This document shows, one piece after another, positions 30,049 through 40,064 of a DNA stretch of 64,000 bases. The stretch is from positions 1 to 64,000 of the IMG/VR virus record IMGVR_UViG_3300012931_000759, one strand, 5' to 3'. The notes beneath the pieces are model-generated. The model was not told the DNA's origin. It did no database searches and saw only the letters and a program-made list of their open reading frames with translations. The first letter of the stretch is position 1; each line of letters begins with the position of its first letter. Made by a program: the position numbers and the translations under genes.

Positions 30049-31467
30049 TTGAAAACATTGAGGGAGTTCCGTAAAACAACAGGTCGTGGGAATAGAGACC
30101 AGGTCTGGTTTATTGGCATCAACCCTGCTGACGCTACTAGGATAATAATCAAGTGGGGCGTTTTGAATGGCACGCTCCAGGAGACACAGGATTGTCCTGG
30201 AGATTGCGGCACTATCGGTCATTCCGATTACCAGACACCAGAGCAGTATGCCAAGACTTGTCTTGAAAGGGAAACGAGACTAAAAAAAGAACAAGGGTAT
30301 GTCGAATGGGTGGATGGAAAACCTGTTTCCACGGTGGCGACCGCTATCGACTTCACAAAACCTTTGCCCAAAAACTTGTCTTTCTACAAACCACAAACCA
30401 AGATCGAGGACAAGAAACTGGCGAAGTTACATCTGGCTGGTCGGGCGATCTGGACCTTAAAGCGTGATGGGATGATGCATATTGCGGTGCGCAGTCGTGA
30501 CGCATGGCAGATCTACTCGCGCCGCATGGATCTGGCAACGGAGCGTTTCCCACATGTCGTGGAAGCACTTGGCAAGCTTCGACTGCCGGATGGCACCATA
30601 CTGCTTGGTGAGATGGTATTACTGAAGGATGATGGGCGCGACGATTTCAAGGGCGTCAGCCGTATCTGCCGGAGTGACACAGATCTTGCACTGGCTTACC
30701 AGGGGCTAGGGACTTTTCCGAAAGACCATGATGACAAGGTCATTCTGGGCAAGACCTCGTACTATGTTTTTGACATTGCGTTTTTAAATGGCAAAGATGG
30801 CATCATGGAGAAGGAGATCCACAAGCGTCTGCGTATTCTCCGGAATGTTTTCTTGGAGTTCGATCCCGACTTGTCGGAAAACGCAACAGGACAGGGGACT
30901 TCCATACGGGAACTGATGGCCGAAAGCAAGCGGCGTGAGCGCATGCTGCGCACCTACTATGTAGCACCCCTAAAGATCTTCCACGCCTCTCCTGAGACAG
31001 ATCTGGACATCGCGAAGAAACTCAAAATTGAAGGGTTTGTGGTCTTAGATGCAGACGCAATCTATGGAGACAAGGGGTATTCGTTCGACGGCAAAGCTCA
31101 GCGCCCAGAAGGCATCTGGAAACGGAAACCAAAATGCGAGGACGAATTCATCGTGGTAGGTGTGTACGAGGGCACTGGTAGAAATATGGGCAAGTTGGGT
31201 GGATTCTACCTGGAGCAGATCCATCCTGGAACCGGCAAGAGGATCGATTGTGGTAAATGCGGCGGAGGATTTACTGACGAACAGAGGGAGGAATTCTGGC
31301 AGGATCAAGACAGCCTGATTAACACAACGGTCAGGATTGAGTTTGACTCTCGGCAACCTGCCAAAAACGGCTCGTATGCGCTGCGTTTTCCAGTTTATCT
31401 GGGAGCTTCAGATAAAACTCCTAATGAATGTGTATCTCAAGGCCTGTCCGAAAACGATTCGGAGTGA
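30049..31467 (+). CDS. ATP-dependent DNA ligase
   Basis: KRDG, LGEM, YVFDI, EGFV, WKRKP, GGGFTD, LRFP. Confidence 0.9.
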   Translation: MKTLREFRKTTGRGNRDQVWFIGINPADATRIIIKWGVLNGTLQETQDCPGDCGTIGHSDYQTPEQYAKTCLERETRLKKEQGYVEWVDGKPVSTVATAIDFTKPLPKNLSFYKPQTKIEDKKLAKLHLAGRAIWTLKRDGMMHIAVRSRDAWQIYSRRMDLATERFPHVVEALGKLRLPDGTILLGEMVLLKDDGRDDFKGVSRICRSDTDLALAYQGLGTFPKDHDDKVILGKTSYYVFDIAFLNGKDGIMEKEIHKRLRILRNVFLEFDPDLSENATGQGTSIRELMAESKRRERMLRTYYVAPLKIFHASPETDLDIAKKLKIEGFVVLDADAIYGDKGYSFDGKAQRPEGIWKRKPKCEDEFIVVGVYEGTGRNMGKLGGFYLEQIHPGTGKRIDCGKCGGGFTDEQREEFWQDQDSLINTTVRIEFDSRQPAKNGSYALRFPVYLGASDKTPNECVSQGLSENDSE

Positions 31468-31515
31468 CTCTGTTCTGGCATTGTGTCGTTTTTTGACAAG
31501 ATTTGGAAGAGGACG

Positions 31516-32562
31516 ATGCGAACAGTTAGCAGCCTAGTGGCTCTAGTTTTCCTTGTTGCTACCTTTGCGGCTTGCGACGACGAATCATCCCTGCCTTATG
31601 TGCATGTCGACAGCGGAGTGACCGATGTGGGAATGCCTAGCGTTCCGAATACGACATCCTACCCGCGCTATCTGTCCTGGGCCAACATCGACACGGACGG
31701 AGATGGGATCGGTGAGAACTACATCACCTCTGTAAAGAGACAGTCCTGCTCTGATTGCTATATGTATGTAGCAACGGCACTTGTAGAGGCTAGATGGCAG
31801 ATCGACCACAAGGCTGCCGTGTCCCTCGACCTATCCGAGCAGAACATTCACAACTGTATGAAAATACCATGCGATGGCGTAGGGGATCTGTGGTGGATGT
31901 TCGACTATATACGGAATTACGGTGTGATGCCCGAGGAGAATATGCCGTCTGGCATGTGGCTTCCTTCCTGCGAGAACTGCCTTGGGATCGCATGGAGCGG
32001 AATCGGACCCCTTTCGATACGTAATGTACCGTTCTACCGCATCACAAAGTACGACACACTTCCATTCCAGAAAGAATACGCGAAGCGCAAGGATGCGCTG
32101 GTTGCCGCGCTCCAGGAGGGGCCTGTAGGAATAGGGATTAACTCCTGGTATGGATACACAAACTACAACGGCGTTCTATATTGCGATGATCCTAAACCTG
32201 TAGGATCCGGGCATGTTGTCCTCGTAGTCGGCTACCTCGAAAGCGGGATGGCTTTTCTGGTGAAAAACAGCCATGGCGAAGGAAAGCTGATCACTATGGT
32301 CTTCGCGGGCGGTGACAAGTGTGGATTTGCCTCCGAGATGATCAAGCTCTCGCCCGGCAGCGTCTATATCTCGTGGGGATGGGGCGAGACGTTTTGCTAC
32401 TCCACGCTTGACAGCGACGGAGATGGTGTCCCCAATTCGCATGACAATTGTCCATGGAATTCAAATGCTGATCAGATGGACTCCGACCTGGACGGATGGG
32501 GAGACGCATGCGACCGTTGTCCAAAGGACAAAGGCCCTACAGGGTACTACTGTTCCCCTTAA
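31516..32562 (+). CDS. Papain-like (C1) cysteine peptidase lipoprotein with thrombospondin type-3 repeats
   Basis: FAAC lipobox, [40 protein letters not shown]...DGWGDACD. Confidence 0.8.
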   Translation: MRTVSSLVALVFLVATFAACDDESSLPYVHVDSGVTDVGMPSVPNTTSYPRYLSWANIDTDGDGIGENYITSVKRQSCSDCYMYVATALVEARWQIDHKAAVSLDLSEQNIHNCMKIPCDGVGDLWWMFDYIRNYGVMPEENMPSGMWLPSCENCLGIAWSGIGPLSIRNVPFYRITKYDTLPFQKEYAKRKDALVAALQEGPVGIGINSWYGYTNYNGVLYCDDPKPVGSGHVVLVVGYLESGMAFLVKNSHGEGKLITMVFAGGDKCGFASEMIKLSPGSVYISWGWGETFCYSTLDSDGDGVPNSHDNCPWNSNADQMDSDLDGWGDACDRCPKDKGPTGYYCSP

Positions 32563-32628
32563 TCAGCTGAGTTCTCCTACTTTTTGTCCAGATTGTACCC
32601 AAGAAACATTGACCGGAAGGTGTGTGAC

Positions 32629-33687
32629 ATGTCGGACGCGAACCAGCCGCAGGTGATCTACCTACCGGCCCAAAGCAAGTGGCGGACTATAGTGACAGTG
32701 GTAGGTGTGGTAATGGCCATCCTTCTCATCTTGGCAATTGGCGGACTGCTGAAAAAGTTGTTCGACGAGAACGCCAAGCTGCGGACCGAAATAATCGAGT
32801 TCAAGCAGCTCACTGACGGCCTCGTGCACGCCAGCACAAAGTGGGCAACCAAGGCAGACCTTGAGGAGAAGTTGAAGGACATGCTCACAAAGGAGGATCG
32901 CAAGGCCCTCCAAAAGGATCTGGGGGAGCTTCGTGCCACTCTGGTGGCCGTGGGCAAGACTGTGGGATCACTTGGCCGGAAGATTTCTGATCTCGAGAAA
33001 AGTACCTCGGAAGGTCCTCCAAACCCAGACGTGGAGAGGTGTCCGGACGGCCGTGTGATCGATACGTACGGGTACACCAAGGCTCCGCAGAACAAGGAGC
33101 TGACGGACGTCAATACAGCTCCATTGGCTTTCGTGACGTTCGACGCGGCCAAGGATAAGCCTTGGAAGTACAGCGTGTATGAGCGTCAGTTCTACTTGTC
33201 TACGGCCGTGGCACGACAGGACAACGGGCAGTTCATCTTCTACCATACACTTAACTACAGCGTGCCGGAGAAGTCGAATGAGAAGCATCGGATCAAGTTG
33301 ACGTCGTCCGAGTATCTCCAGGTGCCGGAGTCGCGGAAGATGTTTTGGTGGAATCCGCTGCTCGACGTGGGTGCATTCGTTGGCGCGAACATCCATTCGT
33401 TTACCATCGGCCCCGGTCGGTCGGATGGGGTGTTCTCGTTTGGAGCGGAACTGGGTATCTCGTTCTCGTCGTATGGATACACAAAGGCGGACAATCTGTG
33501 GCGGTTATTCCGCGTTGGTCTCGGCTACGACGCGGAACGCCGAGCCGGACATCTCTCGTTCAGCCCGGCCGCGTTCAACATCGGTGATCCTCTTCCGCTC
33601 CTAACCAACCTCTGGGTGTATCCATATGTAGGCATCGACAGTGGAGGCGGAGTCTTGCTCGGCGGAGGCATCGGGTTCCAACTGTAG
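32629..33687 (+). CDS. Membrane-anchored coiled-coil protein with beta-rich C-terminus
   Basis: N-terminal TM segment, heptad region, Gly/aromatic strands ending GIGFQL. Confidence 0.6.
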   Translation: MSDANQPQVIYLPAQSKWRTIVTVVGVVMAILLILAIGGLLKKLFDENAKLRTEIIEFKQLTDGLVHASTKWATKADLEEKLKDMLTKEDRKALQKDLGELRATLVAVGKTVGSLGRKISDLEKSTSEGPPNPDVERCPDGRVIDTYGYTKAPQNKELTDVNTAPLAFVTFDAAKDKPWKYSVYERQFYLSTAVARQDNGQFIFYHTLNYSVPEKSNEKHRIKLTSSEYLQVPESRKMFWWNPLLDVGAFVGANIHSFTIGPGRSDGVFSFGAELGISFSSYGYTKADNLWRLFRVGLGYDAERRAGHLSFSPAAFNIGDPLPLLTNLWVYPYVGIDSGGGVLLGGGIGFQL

Positions 33688-33697
33688 GAGGGAGAAG

Positions 33698-34162
33698 ATG
33701 AAAGTAATCGAACGCCTGCGCAATGAACTACTGGATCGGGTTGAGGAACTCGTGGTGCGATCCAAAAGGTGGAACGAGAGGAGTGTCCAGGACCTGTCCA
33801 GCAAGGCCAAGAAAATTAAGGCCTTTATCGAGGAGGAATTCGACGAGTCCGAGCAGGGGAAGTTCCTTGGCCTGTGCTCACTCCTCATTGGCGAGGAGAT
33901 TTCTACTAGCGACGTGGAATACAAACCCGGCCTTTTCCTGGTTGATGAGAATACGGTCCTCTTCACCTGTGGAGGCCTGGTCAACAGCGAGGGCGACACT
34001 TTGGGGAATAACTGTGCCTTGGACTCCGAGGACGATGTGTACTACGACATTGTATTCAGTGACGCCGCCACGGCAGACGAAATCAAGGAGTTCCTCGAGA
34101 AAGCAAACAAGGGCGCGCTTCTGGACATGGACGAGATTCTGAACAAGGGAGATGAAGAATGA
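33698..34162 (+). CDS. Hypothetical acidic protein
   Basis: GGAGG RBS. Confidence 0.55.
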   Translation: MKVIERLRNELLDRVEELVVRSKRWNERSVQDLSSKAKKIKAFIEEEFDESEQGKFLGLCSLLIGEEISTSDVEYKPGLFLVDENTVLFTCGGLVNSEGDTLGNNCALDSEDDVYYDIVFSDAATADEIKEFLEKANKGALLDMDEILNKGDEE

Positions 34163-34581
34163 AATTTTACCATGTGATCGACAACAGGCGGAGACGGAGT
34201 TCGGGCATCACCATCGCAGTGGAAATCGTTCCCGCGCCCGACCATCCGGGGAAACAGCGCGTGTTTTGCGGCCTCTCGTATTGTGCTCCGGTGGAGCGTC
34301 AATTTTCCCGGCCGCGAGGGCGCGTCATCGCGCAGTCGCGCCTGTCCAGCAATAAAGAACTCCCATTCTTCAAGAGGTTCGGTTTCGTGACCGAGAACAC
34401 GGACGGACTGAAGACCCAGATCCTGGGATTTCTCAGGGATCACCTGAGCATATACTGGGCACAGGCGCTAGTCAATAAAGAGCTGGCGCGCCTGGAGGAA
34501 ATCCAGTGCCTGAAAGCTATCTCTTCCAGGGTAATCGGGCAGGACGATGGTGGTCAGGAGTTGACAACGGCCAAGGAGTGA
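34159..34581 (+). CDS. Hypothetical protein
   Basis: ATGA overlap with upstream ORF. Confidence 0.55.
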   Translation: MKFYHVIDNRRRRSSGITIAVEIVPAPDHPGKQRVFCGLSYCAPVERQFSRPRGRVIAQSRLSSNKELPFFKRFGFVTENTDGLKTQILGFLRDHLSIYWAQALVNKELARLEEIQCLKAISSRVIGQDDGGQELTTAKE

Positions 34582-34629
34582 TTATCTTCTGTTTGCGCGG
34601 ACAGATTCGCGCAGGCAAGGAGGTGCCAA

Positions 34630-34992
34630 ATGCTGGAAAGAAAAGATTGGTTCGACAGCCTTTTCCATGATTTTCTTGGTCTCAGGGATGTGCCGATGGA
34701 TGTGAGGGAGAACGACAATGGGTTCGAGGTCGAGGTAGACCTGCCCGGGGTCGAACCGGCCGACATCGACATCCAGGTATTAGATGGTAAATTGTACATT
34801 AAAGCTGAGCGTAAGTGGGCGAAATCGGGCGTAAAAGCGGCGTTCAGTCGTTCGTTTCACGAAACATTCGTCCTGCCGACGAGCGTTGATTCCTCAGGAA
34901 TCACAGCCACATATACACAAGGCGTGCTCAAGGTGGCCATCCCTAAACGAACCGATTCGTCGGCAAGGAAGGTGGAGGTGAAGGCGGTCTGA
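34630..34992 (+). CDS. Small heat-shock protein (Hsp20)
   Basis: MDVRE...DLPGV...FSRSF...LP...A.YTQGVLKVAIPK. Confidence 0.92.
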   Translation: MLERKDWFDSLFHDFLGLRDVPMDVRENDNGFEVEVDLPGVEPADIDIQVLDGKLYIKAERKWAKSGVKAAFSRSFHETFVLPTSVDSSGITATYTQGVLKVAIPKRTDSSARKVEVKAV

Positions 34993-35092
34993 CTTTTCCA
35001 TAAGATCCGCTTAGATGGAGCCTGTGGCTGAATGGCTCTATCAATTTTTGGGCATTATTGGCAGAAGGTAAGCCTCGATTTTGGAGGTACCT

Positions 35093-35521
35093 ATGACTGC
35101 CACTGTTCAAGAAAGTGTTGGAAAAGTCCAAAAGATCTTGAGGGTTTGGGAGAAGATCACAAAGCGTTTGCCGCGCACATACCCTAGGGCTTCCTTAGTT
35201 TTCCATGCGGACGAAAAGCGGCTCATGGAGTACTTCTTCGTCTTCTATGAATGTTCAGACGAAGAACGCAACAACCCGCCATATGCATTCTGCGACGCAA
35301 ACACGAACACGGTTCATGTACATACCACGATGGCTGAGTGTCCTATCAGAGAGATCGCCGGTTATCTACTACATGAAATAGGCCATCTTCGAGCTTTCCA
35401 GAAATATGGCGACAATGATCCTAGAGCGCATGACCCCAACGAGAAGGTTGATGAAGCGTATGCCTGTCGATTTTCTTCCCGATGGGTTTCCCGTCTTTGT
35501 AAAGAGGGATCCTTAAGATGA
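35093..35521 (+). CDS. Zincin-like metallopeptidase domain protein
   Basis: LLHEIGH...E..A; GGAGGT RBS. Confidence 0.6.
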   Translation: MTATVQESVGKVQKILRVWEKITKRLPRTYPRASLVFHADEKRLMEYFFVFYECSDEERNNPPYAFCDANTNTVHVHTTMAECPIREIAGYLLHEIGHLRAFQKYGDNDPRAHDPNEKVDEAYACRFSSRWVSRLCKEGSLR

Positions 35522-35545
35522 CATCTGATCATCAACGCTTTCGGA

Positions 35546-35570
35546 ATCGTTGCGCGCGTTGATGTAGCGG
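35546..35570 (+). promoter_or_regulatory. Conserved intergenic motif copy 3
   Basis: GCGCGCGTTGATGTAGCGG upstream of the PARP gene. Confidence 0.6.
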
Positions 35571-35584
35571 AGCCATTTTAATAC

Positions 35585-35616
35585 GGGGCGCGCCGTTAGG
35601 GCGCGCCCTTTCTTTT
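35585..35616 (+). terminator. GC hairpin with T-rich tail upstream of the PARP gene
   Basis: GGGCGCGCC gttag GGCGCGCCC TTTCTTTT. Confidence 0.55.
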
Positions 35617-35643
35617 GGAAAACACCGGGGAAAAGGACAGCAA

Positions 35644-37122
35644 ATGGGCGCATCGATGAAGGTCAAAGCCTGGACGGACGGGGAAAAAGGCCAACCATCT
35701 TTCCCATCTAATTTCTCTGTCACTAAACGTTGGGAGGGTAGCTGTACCAGCTTGGCAAAAAATAGCAATAAATTCTTCCACATAGAGGTACAGGTTGCCC
35801 TAAACGGGCAAGCTCGCATTTACACGGTGTATGGTCGTGTAGGAAACAGCGGCGCACGAGAGTTTCGGTATTACTCTTCGGAGGCTGCTTGTTTGTCGGA
35901 CTATGAAGCACTGATCCACAAAAAACGCGATCGGAAAAAGGAGCCTTATACGGAGATCGACCTGGCCATCACGTCCGTTGGCTCCGAGGGTGCAAAGGCA
36001 ATCACCAAGCCGATGACTGGCATCTCGGCCTCGTCCGCTCCGGAGCAGAAAAGCACGCTCCATGCCGAGATACAACGGTTGGTGCGCCGATGGTTCGGGG
36101 ATACAGGACACTTCGTCGAAATGAACCTCAAATGCCCACTGGGCCAGCTGAGTGTCGAGCAAATCGACAAGGGGCGCGCCGTCCTGGATGAGTGTCGCAA
36201 CCGGATCAACACAAAAAGGAAAACCGATGAGGCCGAGTGGGATATGCTGACGTCCCAATTCTACAGCCTTGTACCTCATGTTCTCCCACGAAAAATCGAC
36301 GCTAGTGCCCTGCGGCTCGATGCCATAGACCGTATTATGGCAAGATCGGATATTCTTGACACTTTCCTTGACGCCAAGAATGTAGCCTCGGTTCTGGCTA
36401 AAGGCACGTCGGCGGATGCGCAGTATGCCAAACTACAGGCAAAGATGGAGTGGATGGATCCGCAGGATCCTGTTCGCCAATGGATAGAAAAACTTGTCCA
36501 CGAAACAAGGGCAAAGAACCACGCAGGTCTAGGCAGGCTCAAGGTGTTCAATGTATTCAGACTTTTGCGCAATGGGGAACTGGATCATTTTTCCGCCTCG
36601 CTCGAACGGATAGGCAGAGAAGTCAAAGGCAAAGGCCAGAAGCCAAGGTTTACCACCTTAGAACGCCCTGATTTGAGCAAAGACGAGCAGCAGGCTTTCG
36701 TGAATGCTAATGTCTGGCCCTTGTGGCACGGGACGCAGCCACAGAACATGGTCGGCATCATCTCGGCTGGACTGAAGATCAGACCTTCCGGATCGGTTTA
36801 CTCTGGCAGTATGTTTGGTGATGGAGCTTACTTTGCCGAGTCTTTTAGTAAGAGCGCAAACTATTCTGGTTGTAGGGGATCTTACTGGAGTAGAGATAGC
36901 GGGGAAGACAGAGCATTCGTGTTCTTGAACGATGTAATCATAGGCAATCCGCATATCGTATACACCTCCCAGTTTTTCCATGAGCCACCGTTCGGCACGC
37001 ATAGTGTGTATGCTCTGCCAGGACGGGGACTTTACAACTCGGAGAACATCACCTACAAACAATCTGGAGCTGGACAGCAGAACAGACTGCGCTATATCGT
37101 GGAGTTTCAATCGAACCAGTAG
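35644..37122 (+). CDS. PARP-like ADP-ribosyltransferase (WGR + helical regulatory + catalytic domains)
   Basis: NSNKFF...YGRVG (WGR), LTSQFYSLVPH, LWHGT, GSMFGDGAYFA, KSANY, NSE (H-Y-E triad). Confidence 0.9.
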   Translation: MGASMKVKAWTDGEKGQPSFPSNFSVTKRWEGSCTSLAKNSNKFFHIEVQVALNGQARIYTVYGRVGNSGAREFRYYSSEAACLSDYEALIHKKRDRKKEPYTEIDLAITSVGSEGAKAITKPMTGISASSAPEQKSTLHAEIQRLVRRWFGDTGHFVEMNLKCPLGQLSVEQIDKGRAVLDECRNRINTKRKTDEAEWDMLTSQFYSLVPHVLPRKIDASALRLDAIDRIMARSDILDTFLDAKNVASVLAKGTSADAQYAKLQAKMEWMDPQDPVRQWIEKLVHETRAKNHAGLGRLKVFNVFRLLRNGELDHFSASLERIGREVKGKGQKPRFTTLERPDLSKDEQQAFVNANVWPLWHGTQPQNMVGIISAGLKIRPSGSVYSGSMFGDGAYFAESFSKSANYSGCRGSYWSRDSGEDRAFVFLNDVIIGNPHIVYTSQFFHEPPFGTHSVYALPGRGLYNSENITYKQSGAGQQNRLRYIVEFQSNQ

Positions 37123-37131
37123 GAGGAAGAG

Positions 37132-37503
37132 GTGAATCCAACCGAGATATTCGTAGACAAGACTCGCAGGCTCGTTCTTCCGGGCGACTACATCGTCTAT
37201 GGGCACGCCCTTGGGAGATGCGCCGGGCTCCAATACGGTCGGGTGATCGCCGTCCTGCCCCCGGTTCGGGACCCGTACGGTGGAGTCTGTGCGAAGATCA
37301 GGGTACAGGGAGTCGACGCCCACGACAACTGGCTCGGCTACTCGAAGAAGAACAAGGGATACAAGGCCGGCAAGGTCGAACTCCTGAGACCAGGGACGCT
37401 GTGCTACCCGTCCCGCGTCCTGAAGGTCGAGCCGCACCAGATCCCCGAGCAAGTGCTGGCGCTGCTCGAGCAGGTCAAAATCCCGGACGCGGCGCAGCAA
37501 TGA
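37132..37503 (+). CDS. Hypothetical protein
   Basis: AGGAGG RBS. Confidence 0.55.
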   Translation: MNPTEIFVDKTRRLVLPGDYIVYGHALGRCAGLQYGRVIAVLPPVRDPYGGVCAKIRVQGVDAHDNWLGYSKKNKGYKAGKVELLRPGTLCYPSRVLKVEPHQIPEQVLALLEQVKIPDAAQQ

Positions 37504-39065
37504 TCTGGAGAAAGCTGATGAATTACCTGAGGAAAACGGCTACTTTGGTGGATGCCGCCAAACAGATGCTCGAGGACGCCGGGTTCGGAGACCATGAGTC
37601 GTTTTTCGCGCGACGCGTCAAAGACGGGGTCCTCAACCTGGCCAACCAGTTCCAGCAGGAGAACTATTCGACGGTGGTGGGCAGGCTGGTCGTGGCCCTG
37701 TTTTCCAGGGTCGCGCGCGGCTCTCCGCCGACGCCGGATTTCCTGAAGGAGGTCTGGCGGGAGATCGAGGCGTTCGCCAAGGACGAGCCGTACAACGAGA
37801 AGGAGGAGAGGGGGCACTGGATACAGAAGCGGTACCCCATGCTCAATTGGGTCGGAGATCTCCACAAGCACATCAGCGATGAGGTGCTCCAGCGGCCGAA
37901 GGCGCAGACGTTCTCCGGCGCGCCGCTCGTCAGGGATGACCAGGAGCCTGCTCCTGTTCTTGTGGATGACGAGGTCTCCAAGCCGTCGCGCCAAGTGCGC
38001 GTGTCGGAACTCAGGGCCATGGCCAAGGACGGGAAGGTAATCGCGGCAATCAAGCTGTACCGCGATGCCACCGGAAAAGGTCTAAAGGAATCCAAGGATT
38101 TCGTGTTGGCATTGCGCGACGAACCGACCGAACTCGTGGACGACAGGCTGCCGCCTCTCGACCATTACGGATTCGGGGCTCCAGTGGTTCCGTTCGTAAA
38201 GCTCGACAGCTACGGCTCAGAATCCATGGCCCTGGCGCCCGGCAAGGCGTCCGGGACGATCGGCGCCAAAAACGTCACAGTCGACCTGGCCGCGAAGAAG
38301 GAAATCGAGGGGAAAATGGACGCAAAGAGCAAGATCGTCGGGGTCATCAGGGAGTTCTGCAGGAACATGGAGTCGTTCACCAGCCTGGACGTCAGCAACA
38401 AGGCCAAATCCGAAGGTCTGGTGGCCAGGCACCGCGAGGTTGCCGAGCTGGTGCGCGGCGCCCACGCGGATGGCGTGATGGACACCTACGGGTACGTCCG
38501 CGACCTGATCGACGTCACCCTGCCTGGCGGGGGAAGCGCGCAGGCGTACCTCTACCGGCACACTACCGTTCCGGCGGACGACTACAGGAACCGCGCCCAG
38601 GTGGCGCTCAAGCCGCAGCTCCAATCGGCTCCGCAGGCGTACGACGATGACGGTCTACCGCCCCTGCCGACGCCGATCATCCCGCAGAATCTCGTCAACC
38701 TACCGCAGCCCCCGACCTTCGCCGCGCCCCCGGCTCCGCCGACCGTCGGCAGGCTCACCCGCGTGCTGAACACCTCGTCCGTGACCCGCACTCAGAAGGG
38801 CGACGGGCGCCTCGAGGTTCCGCACGTCTGGCTGGCCAGGCTCGGCTGGCAGGTCGGCGACACTGTGTCGGCGGTCGTAGATGGAAATGGCCTTGTCCTG
38901 AAAACCACAGTCCAGCTAGGCGAACAGGTTGTGCGGCAATTCACCGTCGACAGGTGGAACCGCATCAGGATCACTACCAAAGCTCTCAGCGAAGTTGGCA
39001 TCCATTTTGGCACCGGTGGACAGCATATCATGACGCTCCGCACGGGCGACATCAGGATCGACTGA
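37500..39065 (+). CDS. Multidomain protein with L7/L12 C-terminal-like domain, Pro-rich linker and AbrB-like C-terminus
   Basis: KVIAAIKLYRDATGKGLKESKDFV; GRLEVP...LGWQVGD. Confidence 0.6.
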   Translation: MIWRKLMNYLRKTATLVDAAKQMLEDAGFGDHESFFARRVKDGVLNLANQFQQENYSTVVGRLVVALFSRVARGSPPTPDFLKEVWREIEAFAKDEPYNEKEERGHWIQKRYPMLNWVGDLHKHISDEVLQRPKAQTFSGAPLVRDDQEPAPVLVDDEVSKPSRQVRVSELRAMAKDGKVIAAIKLYRDATGKGLKESKDFVLALRDEPTELVDDRLPPLDHYGFGAPVVPFVKLDSYGSESMALAPGKASGTIGAKNVTVDLAAKKEIEGKMDAKSKIVGVIREFCRNMESFTSLDVSNKAKSEGLVARHREVAELVRGAHADGVMDTYGYVRDLIDVTLPGGGSAQAYLYRHTTVPADDYRNRAQVALKPQLQSAPQAYDDDGLPPLPTPIIPQNLVNLPQPPTFAAPPAPPTVGRLTRVLNTSSVTRTQKGDGRLEVPHVWLARLGWQVGDTVSAVVDGNGLVLKTTVQLGEQVVRQFTVDRWNRIRITTKALSEVGIHFGTGGQHIMTLRTGDIRID

Positions 39066-39072
39066 GGTACAT

Positions 39073-39414
39073 ATGATGGAAGAGAAGAAAGTTGAGTCGC
39101 ACGAGAACGACTATGGACATGTTCACAACCATCCGGTTGCTAAACGCCCCATGAATGAGCGATTCACCGCGCTGCTTCTCCAGTGGGCCAGCAGTAAGAG
39201 GCCGAAAACTGTCAAGCCCTACGAAGAGATGACCGAAGAGGAACGGAAAGTAGAGAAAATCGAGCGGAACCACAGACGCAAGTATAAGGCTAAGGCAGCT
39301 AAGGCCGCAAAGGCGGCTACTAAGAGACTGGGCAACAAGCCGCCGAAACCGAATCAATGTCGCCGACGTAGGCTGGCAGCGAAGCACCCTGATCGCAAAG
39401 GGAGGAGGAAGTGA
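39073..39414 (+). CDS. Basic hypothetical protein
   Basis: GAGGT RBS; Lys/Arg-rich. Confidence 0.55.
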   Translation: MMEEKKVESHENDYGHVHNHPVAKRPMNERFTALLLQWASSKRPKTVKPYEEMTEEERKVEKIERNHRRKYKAKAAKAAKAATKRLGNKPPKPNQCRRRRLAAKHPDRKGRRK

Positions 39415-40062
39415 GGCCGGTTCGTTGTGGAAACAGCAGGCCAACCCCGTACCTACGCAGGAATCTGCCAGGCATTCCTTTGGTTGGGACCTGGCCGCGT
39501 GCGCTGGATCTCGGTGCGGGCAACCTGCGGAACACTGTGTTCGCAGAATCGCTGGGCTGGACAGTCACACCAATTGATGTAGCCGGAGATAATGGAAACC
39601 CATCCCTGGGTGTTCAAGAGGAGGATACGATGGACGCCACGGAGAAGACTGATTTCGTGAGGATGTCGCTCAAGATACCAAGGGCGGAATACGATCTTCT
39701 TCGCAAATATGCGGACGATAAGAACATTTCCATAACTGATGGAATTCGGCGGGCAATAGGGTTGCTGACCTTCATAGAAGGCCTTCTGGACAAACACAGC
39801 CTCTTGCTCGAGAACAAGGACACCGAGAGAATCAGAGAAGTTGTTTTCCCTTGGTGACTCTGCGTCGTGGCGGTATCCTAGCCAACGCATCGGCAATTCG
39901 GTTCCCCTATTCCTATGTAACTATGTGATATGCTTTATGAATAAAGGACAGCGCACCCATCTCTTCTCGGAGATCCGACGAGCCGCGCGTCCGGGGGCAC
40001 ATATAGTCGCCGAAATGTACCAGGCCAAAAACTCATCCCGATACGTCGAAAAGTACAGGTAG
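39411..40062 (+). pseudogene. Class I SAM methyltransferase split by a 244-bp insertion
   Basis: ALDLGAGNLRN in the 5' part; NYVICF...EIRRAARPGAHIV in the 3' part; halves rejoin in frame if the insert is removed. Confidence 0.65.
39630..39857 (+). CDS. Ribbon-helix-helix (CopG-like) protein inserted in the methyltransferase gene
   Basis: VRMSLKIP...LLRKYAD...SITDGIRRAIGL...REVVF; own GAGGA RBS. Confidence 0.7.
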   Translation: MDATEKTDFVRMSLKIPRAEYDLLRKYADDKNISITDGIRRAIGLLTFIEGLLDKHSLLLENKDTERIREVVFPW

Positions 40063-40064
40063 CC

